A stretch of 62,753 nt of DNA, counting the filler, from an uncultured Methanosarcinales archaeon (GTDB taxonomy: Archaea; Nanobdellota; Nanobdellia; Woesearchaeales; CAZXZL01), in NCBI GenBank assembly GCA_964645415.1. It is 4 parts of 4 records of this genome, joined end to end, with 100 filler letters (N's around TTAATTAATTAA, not from the genome) between each part and the next. Parts side by side here need not be neighbours in the genome. Positions count along the whole stretch, not along the records: positions 32,781 to 48,290 come from CAZXZL010000023.1; 3 more parts are not named here. One strand, 5' to 3'. The notes beneath the pieces were generated by a model. It was not told where the DNA came from and searched no databases. It worked only from the letters and a program-made list of their open reading frames with translations. Position numbers and translations under genes: made by a program. Every line of letters begins with the position of its first letter. Position 1 is the first letter of the stretch. Of the stretch, positions 32,781 through 41,486 are shown piece after piece.

Positions 32781-33090
32781 ATTGACCAGGATGGTACCAT
32801 TCTAAAGAATGGCACGGTAGTTTCTATAGTATTCTATTTCTTTTTATTTCATTCTTTAATTTTTTTGTGATTTAGAAATCTTTTTTCATCTTCGATGTGT
32901 GTAGGGCAAATTCATCTAAATATAAGAAAATAATATATTATAAAATTGAAATAGAAACAAGTAAATTAAATCATAGAAATTTTTGTACTATACGAAGTAT
33001 AGTACTATCCTTACCAATTTTGATAAAAATTGGGGAAAATTCATCTAAATATAAAAGAATAATATATTATAAAATTGAAATAAGAAAAAA
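32781..33090. repeat. Composite non-coding repeat (hairpins 32789-32815 + and 32985-33010 -; roughly 45-bp direct duplication at about 32908 and 33037)
   Basis: 32789-32815 is identical to 17271-17297. AAATTCATCTAAATATAA..AATAATATATTATAAAATTGAAATA occurs twice. Confidence 0.88.
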
Positions 33091-33115
33091 TAAAGGAACT
33101 ATGTTTTCATATTAT

Positions 33116-35518
33116 TTATGTCAAAGCATTTAACACAAACGTGTCATAATCATTAGAACTAATATAACGATCATAATTAATTGATCCACAATTATGCTCG
33201 TTTAATTCCTCAATAAATAAACTTTGCATTCCATGTGGTGATAAAAACTCTTGACCAAAGTAAGATTTTATCTCACTAAATGATTCTTTTTGATCAGTTG
33301 TGATAAAATTAGATGTTTCATAAAATGGTTCTGAACCAGATTCTGCTTCTGTTTCAACTAATACTCCTATAGAACTACTACTTGCTGCACAAGAATGATA
33401 CGTTCCTTCATCAATATTTGAAAATAACTCTACTCGACCATCTCTATGAACTCCAATATCAATACCTAAATCATTATCTCTTAAAAAATCATGAGCTTGA
33501 TTTAAACTAGAACTTCCTGTAATATAAACAACAATATAATCAACATCAATCTCATCAAATACTTCATAATAACCAACACTATCAACAATATCTATTCCTG
33601 ACCCCTCAAGATAAGTAATAAAATGATCAGTTGTTTCAGAGTTGTCATGGTTTGTTTCAGTTGAACCAAAAATATTTGATTGAGTCATAAAAAGATCATC
33701 TACTGAAGGAGCATCAAAATATAAATCATCTACTTCAAAACCAAAATAATCTTTAATCTCATTAAGTGTTCTTTCTTGATTAGTTGTAATATCATCACCA
33801 TCAGAATCTAAAAATAAAATTGCAATATCAGAATCACTACCATCTTGATGAGCTGTTCCTTCACCAATATTTACATAAATATAGACATCACCTGAACTAT
33901 CAATCATCATATGAACTCCTTGATTATCAGAATCTAGGTTAGCTGCTGCTTGAGAAGATGAAGTTGTTTCAGAATAATATGTAGTTATGTCATTATGAGA
34001 ATCAACAGAACCTAAACTACTCAAGTCACCAACCCTATTGTAAACATCTAAGGAATCAGAGTCTCTAAAATGATTAATAAATTCTTCAGTCTCATCATTA
34101 ACCTCATCATGATATATCTCAATACCACCCTCATCTATACAATCTTGAACTTCAGGATTTTCACGTAATTCTAAAGTAGTACTTTCTTCAGATTTATATA
34201 AGTAATCAGCTGAAACAATAAAATAATCCATTGAAATATCATCATCAAGCTCCTCCATTTCATATTCACAATTAAATGTTACAAAATCACGAATATCATC
34301 ATAAACAGCTTCTAGATATATATTATCTGACACATCTAATAAAAAACTATTACCTTCTTTAGATATTTCATCATCAGAAACAAAGTCACAACTAATACTT
34401 TCTACCCAACTTGGAGCAATAATTGAAATTGTTTTTAATTCTTTTAAAACACCATCCCAATTATTTCTAATTGTAAAACCAAATGGATAGATGTCTTGTT
34501 GAGAAACATAATCAATAACTGGATGATTACCTAATTCTAAACCAATTGTTAAAGGAGAATCAGAAGCAATTGAATTTGGAACAGAAGGGATTCCAGGGAT
34601 ATTTCCATCTTCATCTCTTCTTGAAATATAATAATCTTCAGAAACAAAGTAAGCTTCTAAAGTAGCATGTGATTCAAATTCAAACCTTGATGTCAATGAT
34701 AATTCATAATCACCATGTTCATCATAAATTGAAAAAATCATTCTTAATGGAGATGAAAGCCCATCTCTTAATTGAACATTATAAGGGTCTACTCTACAAT
34801 CACCTTCCTCAACATTACACTCAAAAGTAGAATTTATTCCTTCATCAGTAATTGTTCTAACGTCAGCTTCAGCTCTTAAAGTATTATTTCTACAAGTAAA
34901 AAATAATGATCCTTCATCAAGAATATTCATAAAAAGTCCTGTTCTATCTCCACCTCCATCTACATCAGAGATATATTCACCATGAATTGCATAATGCATT
35001 TGGTTTTCAAACCAAGAATAAATACCATCATAAATTGAAAAAATTCCTTCAAAAACAAACTGTGCCGAATTGGAGATAGTCATAAAAGGAAGTCTTAAAA
35101 TATATTGAGCAGGATTCATCCCTTCATCTCTTGCTGCTTGTGTTGCTCTTCTGACACCAGTAGATAATACAAAAAAACCTATAACTGCAATAATAGACAA
35201 TGCAATTGCCCAAGGTAAAGCTTTTTGATACAATTTTAGTAAAGGATTAAAAAGAAAATACAATACTTTTGAAACAGGATTTAAAATTTTTGCAAGAATA
35301 ACTATTGCCTCTTTAAATGGAAAAGCCATCCATTCTTTCAGTGTACGCTCTCTTCGATATTGATTTCTTCTAAGCTTTTCTTTTTCTTTTTTTTCTTTCT
35401 CTAACTCTTTACGAGTTTTTTTTATTTCTTCTTGTGTATTTTTTTGTTCACTCTCAAAATCATTAAAGTGTTTTCCTACTTCTTTTTTAATATCTCTTCT
35501 AAGTTTGTCTTCATTCAT
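33116..35518 (-). CDS. Membrane-anchored acidic surface protein with two C-terminal degenerate Amidase_2-like domains
   Basis: Cytoplasmic coiled coil, TM helix and a large ectodomain. GVHMMIDSSGDV..GTAH..IAILF and YIVVYITGSSS..DGRV..GTYHSC..SIGVLV align with the active amidase at 27398-28540. Confidence 0.75.
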   Translation of the reverse strand: MNEDKLRRDIKKEVGKHFNDFESEQKNTQEEIKKTRKELEKEKKEKEKLRRNQYRRERTLKEWMAFPFKEAIVILAKILNPVSKVLYFLFNPLLKLYQKALPWAIALSIIAVIGFFVLSTGVRRATQAARDEGMNPAQYILRLPFMTISNSAQFVFEGIFSIYDGIYSWFENQMHYAIHGEYISDVDGGGDRTGLFMNILDEGSLFFTCRNNTLRAEADVRTITDEGINSTFECNVEEGDCRVDPYNVQLRDGLSSPLRMIFSIYDEHGDYELSLTSRFEFESHATLEAYFVSEDYYISRRDEDGNIPGIPSVPNSIASDSPLTIGLELGNHPVIDYVSQQDIYPFGFTIRNNWDGVLKELKTISIIAPSWVESISCDFVSDDEISKEGNSFLLDVSDNIYLEAVYDDIRDFVTFNCEYEMEELDDDISMDYFIVSADYLYKSEESTTLELRENPEVQDCIDEGGIEIYHDEVNDETEEFINHFRDSDSLDVYNRVGDLSSLGSVDSHNDITTYYSETTSSSQAAANLDSDNQGVHMMIDSSGDVYIYVNIGEGTAHQDGSDSDIAILFLDSDGDDITTNQERTLNEIKDYFGFEVDDLYFDAPSVDDLFMTQSNIFGSTETNHDNSETTDHFITYLEGSGIDIVDSVGYYEVFDEIDVDYIVVYITGSSSLNQAHDFLRDNDLGIDIGVHRDGRVELFSNIDEGTYHSCAASSSSIGVLVETEAESGSEPFYETSNFITTDQKESFSEIKSYFGQEFLSPHGMQSLFIEELNEHNCGSINYDRYISSNDYDTFVLNALT

Positions 35519-35524
35519 TTTTTA

Positions 35525-36673
35525 TCAAGGAGAATAAACTTTCAATCTAATTACATCCATTTCTATATATGGGTGTATTTCAATAAAATTTGTACCTTTA
35601 GAAACAATAGAAGTAATGTTTCTTTCCCAAAAATCATTATATGTATCTAAGTGTCTTTTAGCACCATTAATAGAAACATCAGCAACTTTTTCATCTGTTG
35701 AAGGTGCAAACTCAATATTAAGAAAAATATCATTTTCAATATCTTCTGAAGAAAGACTAAAAAGATGCTGTTTTATCTCAGTCTCATTTAGTTTATTTTC
35801 AATATACATATCAGTTAAATATAAATCACCAGTTGATTCCATGATTACTTCGTTTTTTCCCCTCCTTAAATCGTCAACAGGAACATCCAACCTATTTCTA
35901 CCATCACAAACAGGATAAGCATCATAAATATTATTATCATTAACTTCAACATTTAAGTTACCCTCTGAAATACAGTCAACATGAAAATGAAATCTCGAAG
36001 ACTCAATATAGTTAATTTCATCACCCTCTATACTGAAACTTGATTTATATTGAGATTGTTCTTTATCAAGAAATCTACCAAATAATTTTATATTCTTTAA
36101 ATCAGCATTATTACTTTCAAAAATATTCCAACCAACATCATCAACAGAAATTTCAATAAGATTAGTCCCTTTTCTAAACATATAATCATCAACGTTAATT
36201 CTAAATAAACCTCTACTAACTTCACCTCTATGTAATGTATAATTATTAAAAAAAATATTTAACTTAACATCTTGATCAACTTCAAAAGATAATTCTAATT
36301 GTTCATAATCTTTTTCTAAAGAAAACGAATATCTTGCAAATCGATTTTCAAATAAATTATTTACTATACTTTCACCACTTATAGAAAATATCGTTTCAAG
36401 AGATGTTCTAGTTCTAATTCTAGAAGACGGTAAAGAATGTCTTTGATAAGGTTCACTAATTGGTTTAAGGTTTCCAATATTTTCATCTAAAAAAACAGAC
36501 TCATTAACAGAATCAGGAGTATCCTCTTCTATTGTTTGATTTGAACCAAGAAGTTTTATTCTCTCTGAAGGAGGTATTGCTAAAATGTATGATAATATCA
36601 ATCCTGCTAAAATAAATACAATAATTGCTGAATGTCTTGCCAAAAAGGAGGCATTTTTATTTTTTCTTATCAT
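35525..36673 (-). CDS. Membrane-anchored or pilin-like beta-rich surface protein
   Basis: Basic N-terminus plus TM helix, and three repeats ending in xGxNxIEI. Confidence 0.7.
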   Translation of the reverse strand: MIRKNKNASFLARHSAIIVFILAGLILSYILAIPPSERIKLLGSNQTIEEDTPDSVNESVFLDENIGNLKPISEPYQRHSLPSSRIRTRTSLETIFSISGESIVNNLFENRFARYSFSLEKDYEQLELSFEVDQDVKLNIFFNNYTLHRGEVSRGLFRINVDDYMFRKGTNLIEISVDDVGWNIFESNNADLKNIKLFGRFLDKEQSQYKSSFSIEGDEINYIESSRFHFHVDCISEGNLNVEVNDNNIYDAYPVCDGRNRLDVPVDDLRRGKNEVIMESTGDLYLTDMYIENKLNETEIKQHLFSLSSEDIENDIFLNIEFAPSTDEKVADVSINGAKRHLDTYNDFWERNITSIVSKGTNFIEIHPYIEMDVIRLKVYSP

Positions 36674-36831
36674 TATATACCAAATGAATCACATTATTTA
36701 TAAATTTAATCATCTATATTATATATAGTACTTATTAGATTATATATTTAATAAAAAGTTTAAAAGGAAAGATTTAAATAAAAAGTTGAATATTTTGTTT
36801 ACATCATTCTAATGATATTATAGGTGAAAAA

Positions 36832-37227
36832 ATGGGTTTCAAAAATTTCAAAGATAAATTTTTCGGAAAAGTAGGGGTTCCATCAGAAGAGAAAGAAGAA
36901 ACAGATTATGTTGAATTAAATAGTAGTACAAAAGATAGCAAATTCGAAACAAAAATCATGGTTAAATTCTTCGAATTACATGAATTTAAAGATGTTAAAA
37001 AAATAATTAGATCAATTAGAGAAGGATACACACTAGCTTTAGTCAATATAAGAAAATTAAAAGAAAAAGATGTTAGTGAATTAAAAAGAGCTGTTGAAAA
37101 AATTAAAAAGAGTGCAAGAGTATCTGATGGAAGCATTAAAGGTTTTGGAAATGATTGGTTACTTGTAACTCCGTCATTTGTTGAAATTGCTAAAAAGAAA
37201 AAAAGGAAGAAGAAAAAAGATGAGTAA
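36832..37227 (+). CDS. sepF: Cell division protein SepF (archaeal DUF552)
   Basis: DYVEL, IREGYTLALVNI, ELKRAVEKIKK and GNDWLLVTP motifs. Confidence 0.88.
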   Translation: MGFKNFKDKFFGKVGVPSEEKEETDYVELNSSTKDSKFETKIMVKFFELHEFKDVKKIIRSIREGYTLALVNIRKLKEKDVSELKRAVEKIKKSARVSDGSIKGFGNDWLLVTPSFVEIAKKKKRKKKKDE

Positions 37228-37741
37228 GAAACCAAAATTAAAAAAACTGGAATCTTTGGAATTAACAGATGAGGAATGTCCTGGATGTAAAAATAAAACC
37301 CTTACTATTTCTCAAAATTTATATAAACTTCAAGAAGCTGGTGAGATATATCAATTTCATTCAAAATGTAGTGAATGTGGTTTTGATGCTAGTGATGTAG
37401 AAATAGAAAAAGATATTGATAAAAAACATGAATTAGTAGTAAATTCTGAAGAAGACTTAAATAAAATTCTAATCAAATCATCAACAGGAAATGTAAAACT
37501 AATGAGATTAACTGAAATAGGTCCTGATGAAATTATTTCTAAAGGAGAAATAACTACAGTTAGAAGTTTTTTAGAAAATACTAAAGAGTTATTAGAAAGT
37601 GATAGGGATTCAGAAAAAGATAAGAAAAAGAAGAAAAAGTTGAGAAATAAAATAAAAAAAATAATTAATGTATTAGTATGTAGAGATAAATTAAAGATGA
37701 GAGTTACCGATAAAAATCAAAATTCAGGAATTTTTGGTTAA
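37220..37741 (+). CDS. ZPR1 zinc-finger protein
   Basis: CPGC..CSECGF..DV, EDLN..IKS and GEITTV motifs. ATG 37220 overlaps the sepF end. Confidence 0.85.
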   Translation: MSKKPKLKKLESLELTDEECPGCKNKTLTISQNLYKLQEAGEIYQFHSKCSECGFDASDVEIEKDIDKKHELVVNSEEDLNKILIKSSTGNVKLMRLTEIGPDEIISKGEITTVRSFLENTKELLESDRDSEKDKKKKKKLRNKIKKIINVLVCRDKLKMRVTDKNQNSGIFG

Positions 37742-37742
37742 A

Positions 37743-38450
37743 ATGAGTCTAAAGAAAAAAATATTCGAAGAAAAACATTTGAATTCTCCAAATATGATCT
37801 TTAGTTTTCCTGGTGTAGGTTTTACATCACCAATTGTTGGAGAATATATTACAAATCATTCAAAAAATGAATTACTTCTTGGTGCATGGTTTGAAGATAG
37901 TCATTTAGCTATTGGAATACATGATGGTAAAATGAATTATCCTATCTCTCTTTATTATATTAAAAAATATGATACACTTTTATTACATTCTCTTGTTAAT
38001 CCAAATAAACATATTGAAGGTTTTTTAGAATTAATTAGTGATATATATACAGACTATAATATTAGTGAGATAATAACTATTGATGGTATAATTGGAAGTG
38101 AAAAGAAAAATAGTAACATATTTTATTATTCAAATCATGATTGTAAAATTAATGATTCAAATGTAAAGAAAATAGAAAATGGTGTTTTATTAGGTTTTAG
38201 TTCTCATTTATTACTTAAAGATATTAATACAACTGCAATATATTCAATGACTTCTTTAAAATCCAGTGATGTTTATTCTTCATTAAATGTTCTAGAACTT
38301 CTTAATAATGAATTTGGAATCGATATAGATGATAAAGAGTTAAAGAAGAAAGCAAAGAAATTTGAAAATAAGTTAAAAAAGATGAATCTAGAAAAGAAGG
38401 TAAATAAGTTAAAAAATAAAAAGAAAAAAGATTATAATTATATTGGTTAA
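37743..38450 (+). CDS. PAC2-family proteasome assembly chaperone-like protein
   Basis: FPGVGF, IITIDGI and IDDKELKKKAKKFE motifs. Confidence 0.75.
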   Translation: MSLKKKIFEEKHLNSPNMIFSFPGVGFTSPIVGEYITNHSKNELLLGAWFEDSHLAIGIHDGKMNYPISLYYIKKYDTLLLHSLVNPNKHIEGFLELISDIYTDYNISEIITIDGIIGSEKKNSNIFYYSNHDCKINDSNVKKIENGVLLGFSSHLLLKDINTTAIYSMTSLKSSDVYSSLNVLELLNNEFGIDIDDKELKKKAKKFENKLKKMNLEKKVNKLKNKKKKDYNYIG

Positions 38451-38451
38451 T

Positions 38452-39012
38452 TTAAGTAAAAAATTCTTTAAAATCATCATCAACAGAAATACTACTTTTC
38501 TTTTGAGAAAAAATAATATTATAATTTATCGTTTTATCATCAGTATTTAAGTTAAAAGTATTTTCAATAAAGTTAATGATTCTATCTTCTAAATAAGATG
38601 CTTTTCTATCTACAACAATATCTACTTCTACACTATCTTCTAAATTGATAATAGTAATGTGTCCTTCAGAAAATTTATTATGAATTAATTTCCATTTTTC
38701 AACAGAATCTTTACTAATTAGTCTTTCAATTTTAAAGAAAAAATCTTCATTAAATTCTGATGCCTTACTTTTTAATTCTTTTTTTGTTGGGAATTGAGAA
38801 CTTTTTAATCTATCGAGTAAAAAATCTCTTTCTTCAATATCTTGGGCAACAAACTCCTCAGTGAAATTTACATCTTTGCCATCAAAATATCTTTTAAAAA
38901 TAACCCATTCATTATTTTCAATGGCTCTTGCCTCGATTCTAATTTTAAACTCATCAAGGTCAACTTCATAACTTATGACATCATTATTTTCAATTAGCTT
39001 TTTCCAACCCAT
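38452..39012 (-). CDS. Hypothetical protein
   Basis: 186-aa ORF with no recognised motif. Confidence 0.65.
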   Translation of the reverse strand: MGWKKLIENNDVISYEVDLDEFKIRIEARAIENNEWVIFKRYFDGKDVNFTEEFVAQDIEERDFLLDRLKSSQFPTKKELKSKASEFNEDFFFKIERLISKDSVEKWKLIHNKFSEGHITIINLEDSVEVDIVVDRKASYLEDRIINFIENTFNLNTDDKTINYNIIFSQKKSSISVDDDFKEFFT

Positions 39013-39076
39013 AGATATGATGTGAGTTACATCTTTTTATTTTTTATGTAATTACTATTAAAGAAATATTTAAATA

Positions 39077-39160
39077 CGCCGAGAGTGGGATTTGAACCCA
39101 CAGGGCATTAGAGCCAATTGGTCTCGAACCAACCGCAATACCGGATTATGCGATCTCGGC
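39077..39160 (-). tRNA. tRNA-Ser(CGA)
   Basis: Reverse complement GCCGAGA..GTTGG-TTCGAGA-CCAAT, long variable arm, GGTTCAAATCC..TCTCGGC-G73. Confidence 0.93.
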
Positions 39161-40443
39161 TACCAAGAATTTTTTGTTCTTAATACCATTCTCTTTAAAA
39201 CTAGGTACCAAGAATACCCCATAATAACACCATAAGCTGCAAAATATATGAAAAAGACAAAAATAGATTTATGTTTATATTTTATAGGGTTCTCTCTTAG
39301 GTTTTTCATAGTATGATAAATTAGAATAATTGCAAAAAACAATAATGCTAATGTAGAAAATAGAATTCTATAATTAAGATCTAATAAGGAAAAGTTAAAA
39401 TTCCATTCAAAAAGTGTAAACACATCAAATCTTGTAAGAAAAAGATCTTTAATATGTCTTGAAAAACGCTCAGTTGTAGTATATATTAATAGAATAGCAC
39501 CTAATAAAGTTAAAATACCTGTTAAAGCAACCATTGGAAAAAAGAAAAAACCAAAATCACCATATTTTGGATTGAAAAAGAAATGTCTATAATCAATCAC
39601 ATTCATAATTGTTCCAAAATACCATCTAACTCTTTGTTTATAAAATGCTTTTATCGTAGAAGGTGCTTTTGTTAAAACTTCTGCTTCAGTACTTTGTCTA
39701 AGTTCATAATTATGATCTTGAAGTCTAAATGCCATTTCAAGATCTTCTGTCAAATGAGCTTCTCTAAATCCACCTGCTTTCTTTACTACATCTGTTCTAT
39801 AAACACTAAAAGGACCTGGAGCAACATGTATACAATTAACTTTTTCAAGAAGTTTTTTATAAAAAATATTAACTAAATATTCAATCCACTGCATAATTTC
39901 TAATGTATTTTTAGGATTATCAACTTTCATTGCAGGTAAACTACAAGCAACTCTTTCTGAATCAAAATCAAATAGAATCTTTTTTAATGTATCTTCTTTA
40001 ACAAAACTATCTGCATCTAAACATGCAAAGAATGGACTATCAACATATTCTAATCCATTATTCATCGCCATATACTTTCCTTGATTCTCTTGATCATGAA
40101 TAGTAATAGGATACTTTTCTTTTAATTCATTTAATACTTTTAAAGTATTATCTGTTGAACCATCATTTACACAAATAACATTAAGTTTATCTTTTGGATA
40201 ATCTAATTTAAAAACAGATTCTACTGTTGGTTTTATTGTTTCTTCTTCATTATATGCAGGAATAATAATTGAAAAGTCTGGAAATGAATCTTTAAGATCA
40301 TACTCTCCTTTTTCTGTAACTACTTTATTTTCTCTTTTTACTTCTTTTTCATCTATTAATAAAAGAAAAAAGTAAATAGTAAAATATAATGATAAAAGAT
40401 ACACCATCCAAACAAGGAAATTAACTCCTTCTTGAAATAACAT
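39160..40443 (-). CDS. Processive GT2 glycosyltransferase (PgaC/IcaA/cellulose-synthase-like)
   Basis: IPAYNEE, NDGSTD, LDAD, TED and QRVRW (D,D,D,QxxRW) motifs, with flanking TM helices. Confidence 0.9.
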   Translation of the reverse strand: MLFQEGVNFLVWMVYLLSLYFTIYFFLLLIDEKEVKRENKVVTEKGEYDLKDSFPDFSIIIPAYNEEETIKPTVESVFKLDYPKDKLNVICVNDGSTDNTLKVLNELKEKYPITIHDQENQGKYMAMNNGLEYVDSPFFACLDADSFVKEDTLKKILFDFDSERVACSLPAMKVDNPKNTLEIMQWIEYLVNIFYKKLLEKVNCIHVAPGPFSVYRTDVVKKAGGFREAHLTEDLEMAFRLQDHNYELRQSTEAEVLTKAPSTIKAFYKQRVRWYFGTIMNVIDYRHFFFNPKYGDFGFFFFPMVALTGILTLLGAILLIYTTTERFSRHIKDLFLTRFDVFTLFEWNFNFSLLDLNYRILFSTLALLFFAIILIYHTMKNLRENPIKYKHKSIFVFFIYFAAYGVIMGYSWYLVLKRMVLRTKNSW

Positions 40444-40478
40444 TAGAAATAAGAAAATAATTTCATTTATATATTTTC

Positions 40479-41480
40479 TTAAATATGTTTTAATTTATAA
40501 TCAATTTTTCCAAGATTTTGTTTTTGAGCATAATTTATTTTAAACATATTATTTGGTGAACTAATACTATCAAAATAATTATCTGATTTCTCATTTACTA
40601 AATCAAGACTAGCTTTTTCTATTGAAACAGGATCTTCACTTATTAAATAACCTACATCTTCCATAATTGGTTTCATTTTCCTTCCCATACAATCACAATC
40701 TTTAGTAATATTTTTTAAAGCATTAATATAAATAATATTTTCATCAAAATAATCAATTAGAGCTTTTGAGTAATCAATTATTTTTTTCTGCAATTCTTCA
40801 TTAGAAGAACCTCCCCAAGGAACATTTACTGCATTATATTTACAAACTGCAATACACATAGCACATCCTGAACATAAATTTTCATCTATCTCTGCTTTTT
40901 TATTAATTAATTTAATTGCATCAAAATCACAATTTCTAATACATTCTTTACATGCAACACATTTTGATTTAGAAATATTAGGACTAACATCTGAATGCAT
41001 ATGTAATTTTCCAGAACGACTACCTAAACCCATACCAAGATTTTTAAAAGCTCCACCAAAACCAGAAGCAACATGTCCTTTAAAATGACTTAAAACAATT
41101 AATGAATCATATCTTTCCACTCCTTTTCCAACATGAGCTTTTGAGACAGAACCATCATTTATTGAGAGTTCTAAATTTTTCTCCCCTTTATTACCATCAA
41201 GTATATCAATTTCTGCAAAATCAAATCCATGTTTTTTAGCAACATTAATATGATCTTTTTTTGTTGTTCTAGAACCACGATATAAAACATTACATTCAAT
41301 TAAAGAAGCTTCATAACCTAAAGAAATTACTTTATCATAAACTTTTTTTGCATGATGAGGACTTAAAAAAGTTTCATTACCTTCTTCACCAAAATGAACT
41401 TTAATTCCAACTTTTCCTTTAAGTTTTGTTTTATCAATTTCATTAATTATTTTTTCAAAGTTTTTTGAATAATATACCAT
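40479..41480 (-). CDS. DUF362 family protein with 2x[4Fe-4S] ferredoxin insert
   Basis: IKVHFGE, SHFKGH..GFGGAFKN, two CxxCxxCxxxC motifs and DCDC. Confidence 0.88.
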   Translation of the reverse strand: MVYYSKNFEKIINEIDKTKLKGKVGIKVHFGEEGNETFLSPHHAKKVYDKVISLGYEASLIECNVLYRGSRTTKKDHINVAKKHGFDFAEIDILDGNKGEKNLELSINDGSVSKAHVGKGVERYDSLIVLSHFKGHVASGFGGAFKNLGMGLGSRSGKLHMHSDVSPNISKSKCVACKECIRNCDFDAIKLINKKAEIDENLCSGCAMCIAVCKYNAVNVPWGGSSNEELQKKIIDYSKALIDYFDENIIYINALKNITKDCDCMGRKMKPIMEDVGYLISEDPVSIEKASLDLVNEKSDNYFDSISSPNNMFKINYAQKQNLGKIDYKLKHI

Positions 41481-41486
41481 TTATAA

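Noticed and set aside
32020..33090. CRISPR array
   Set aside because: The repeats are irregularly spaced, occur in both orientations, diverge in sequence and lack unique equal-length spacers. No cas operon is present.
32897..33133. 78-aa ORF with internal repeat
   Set aside because: It lies within the non-coding repeat, and the peptide repeat only reflects the DNA duplication.
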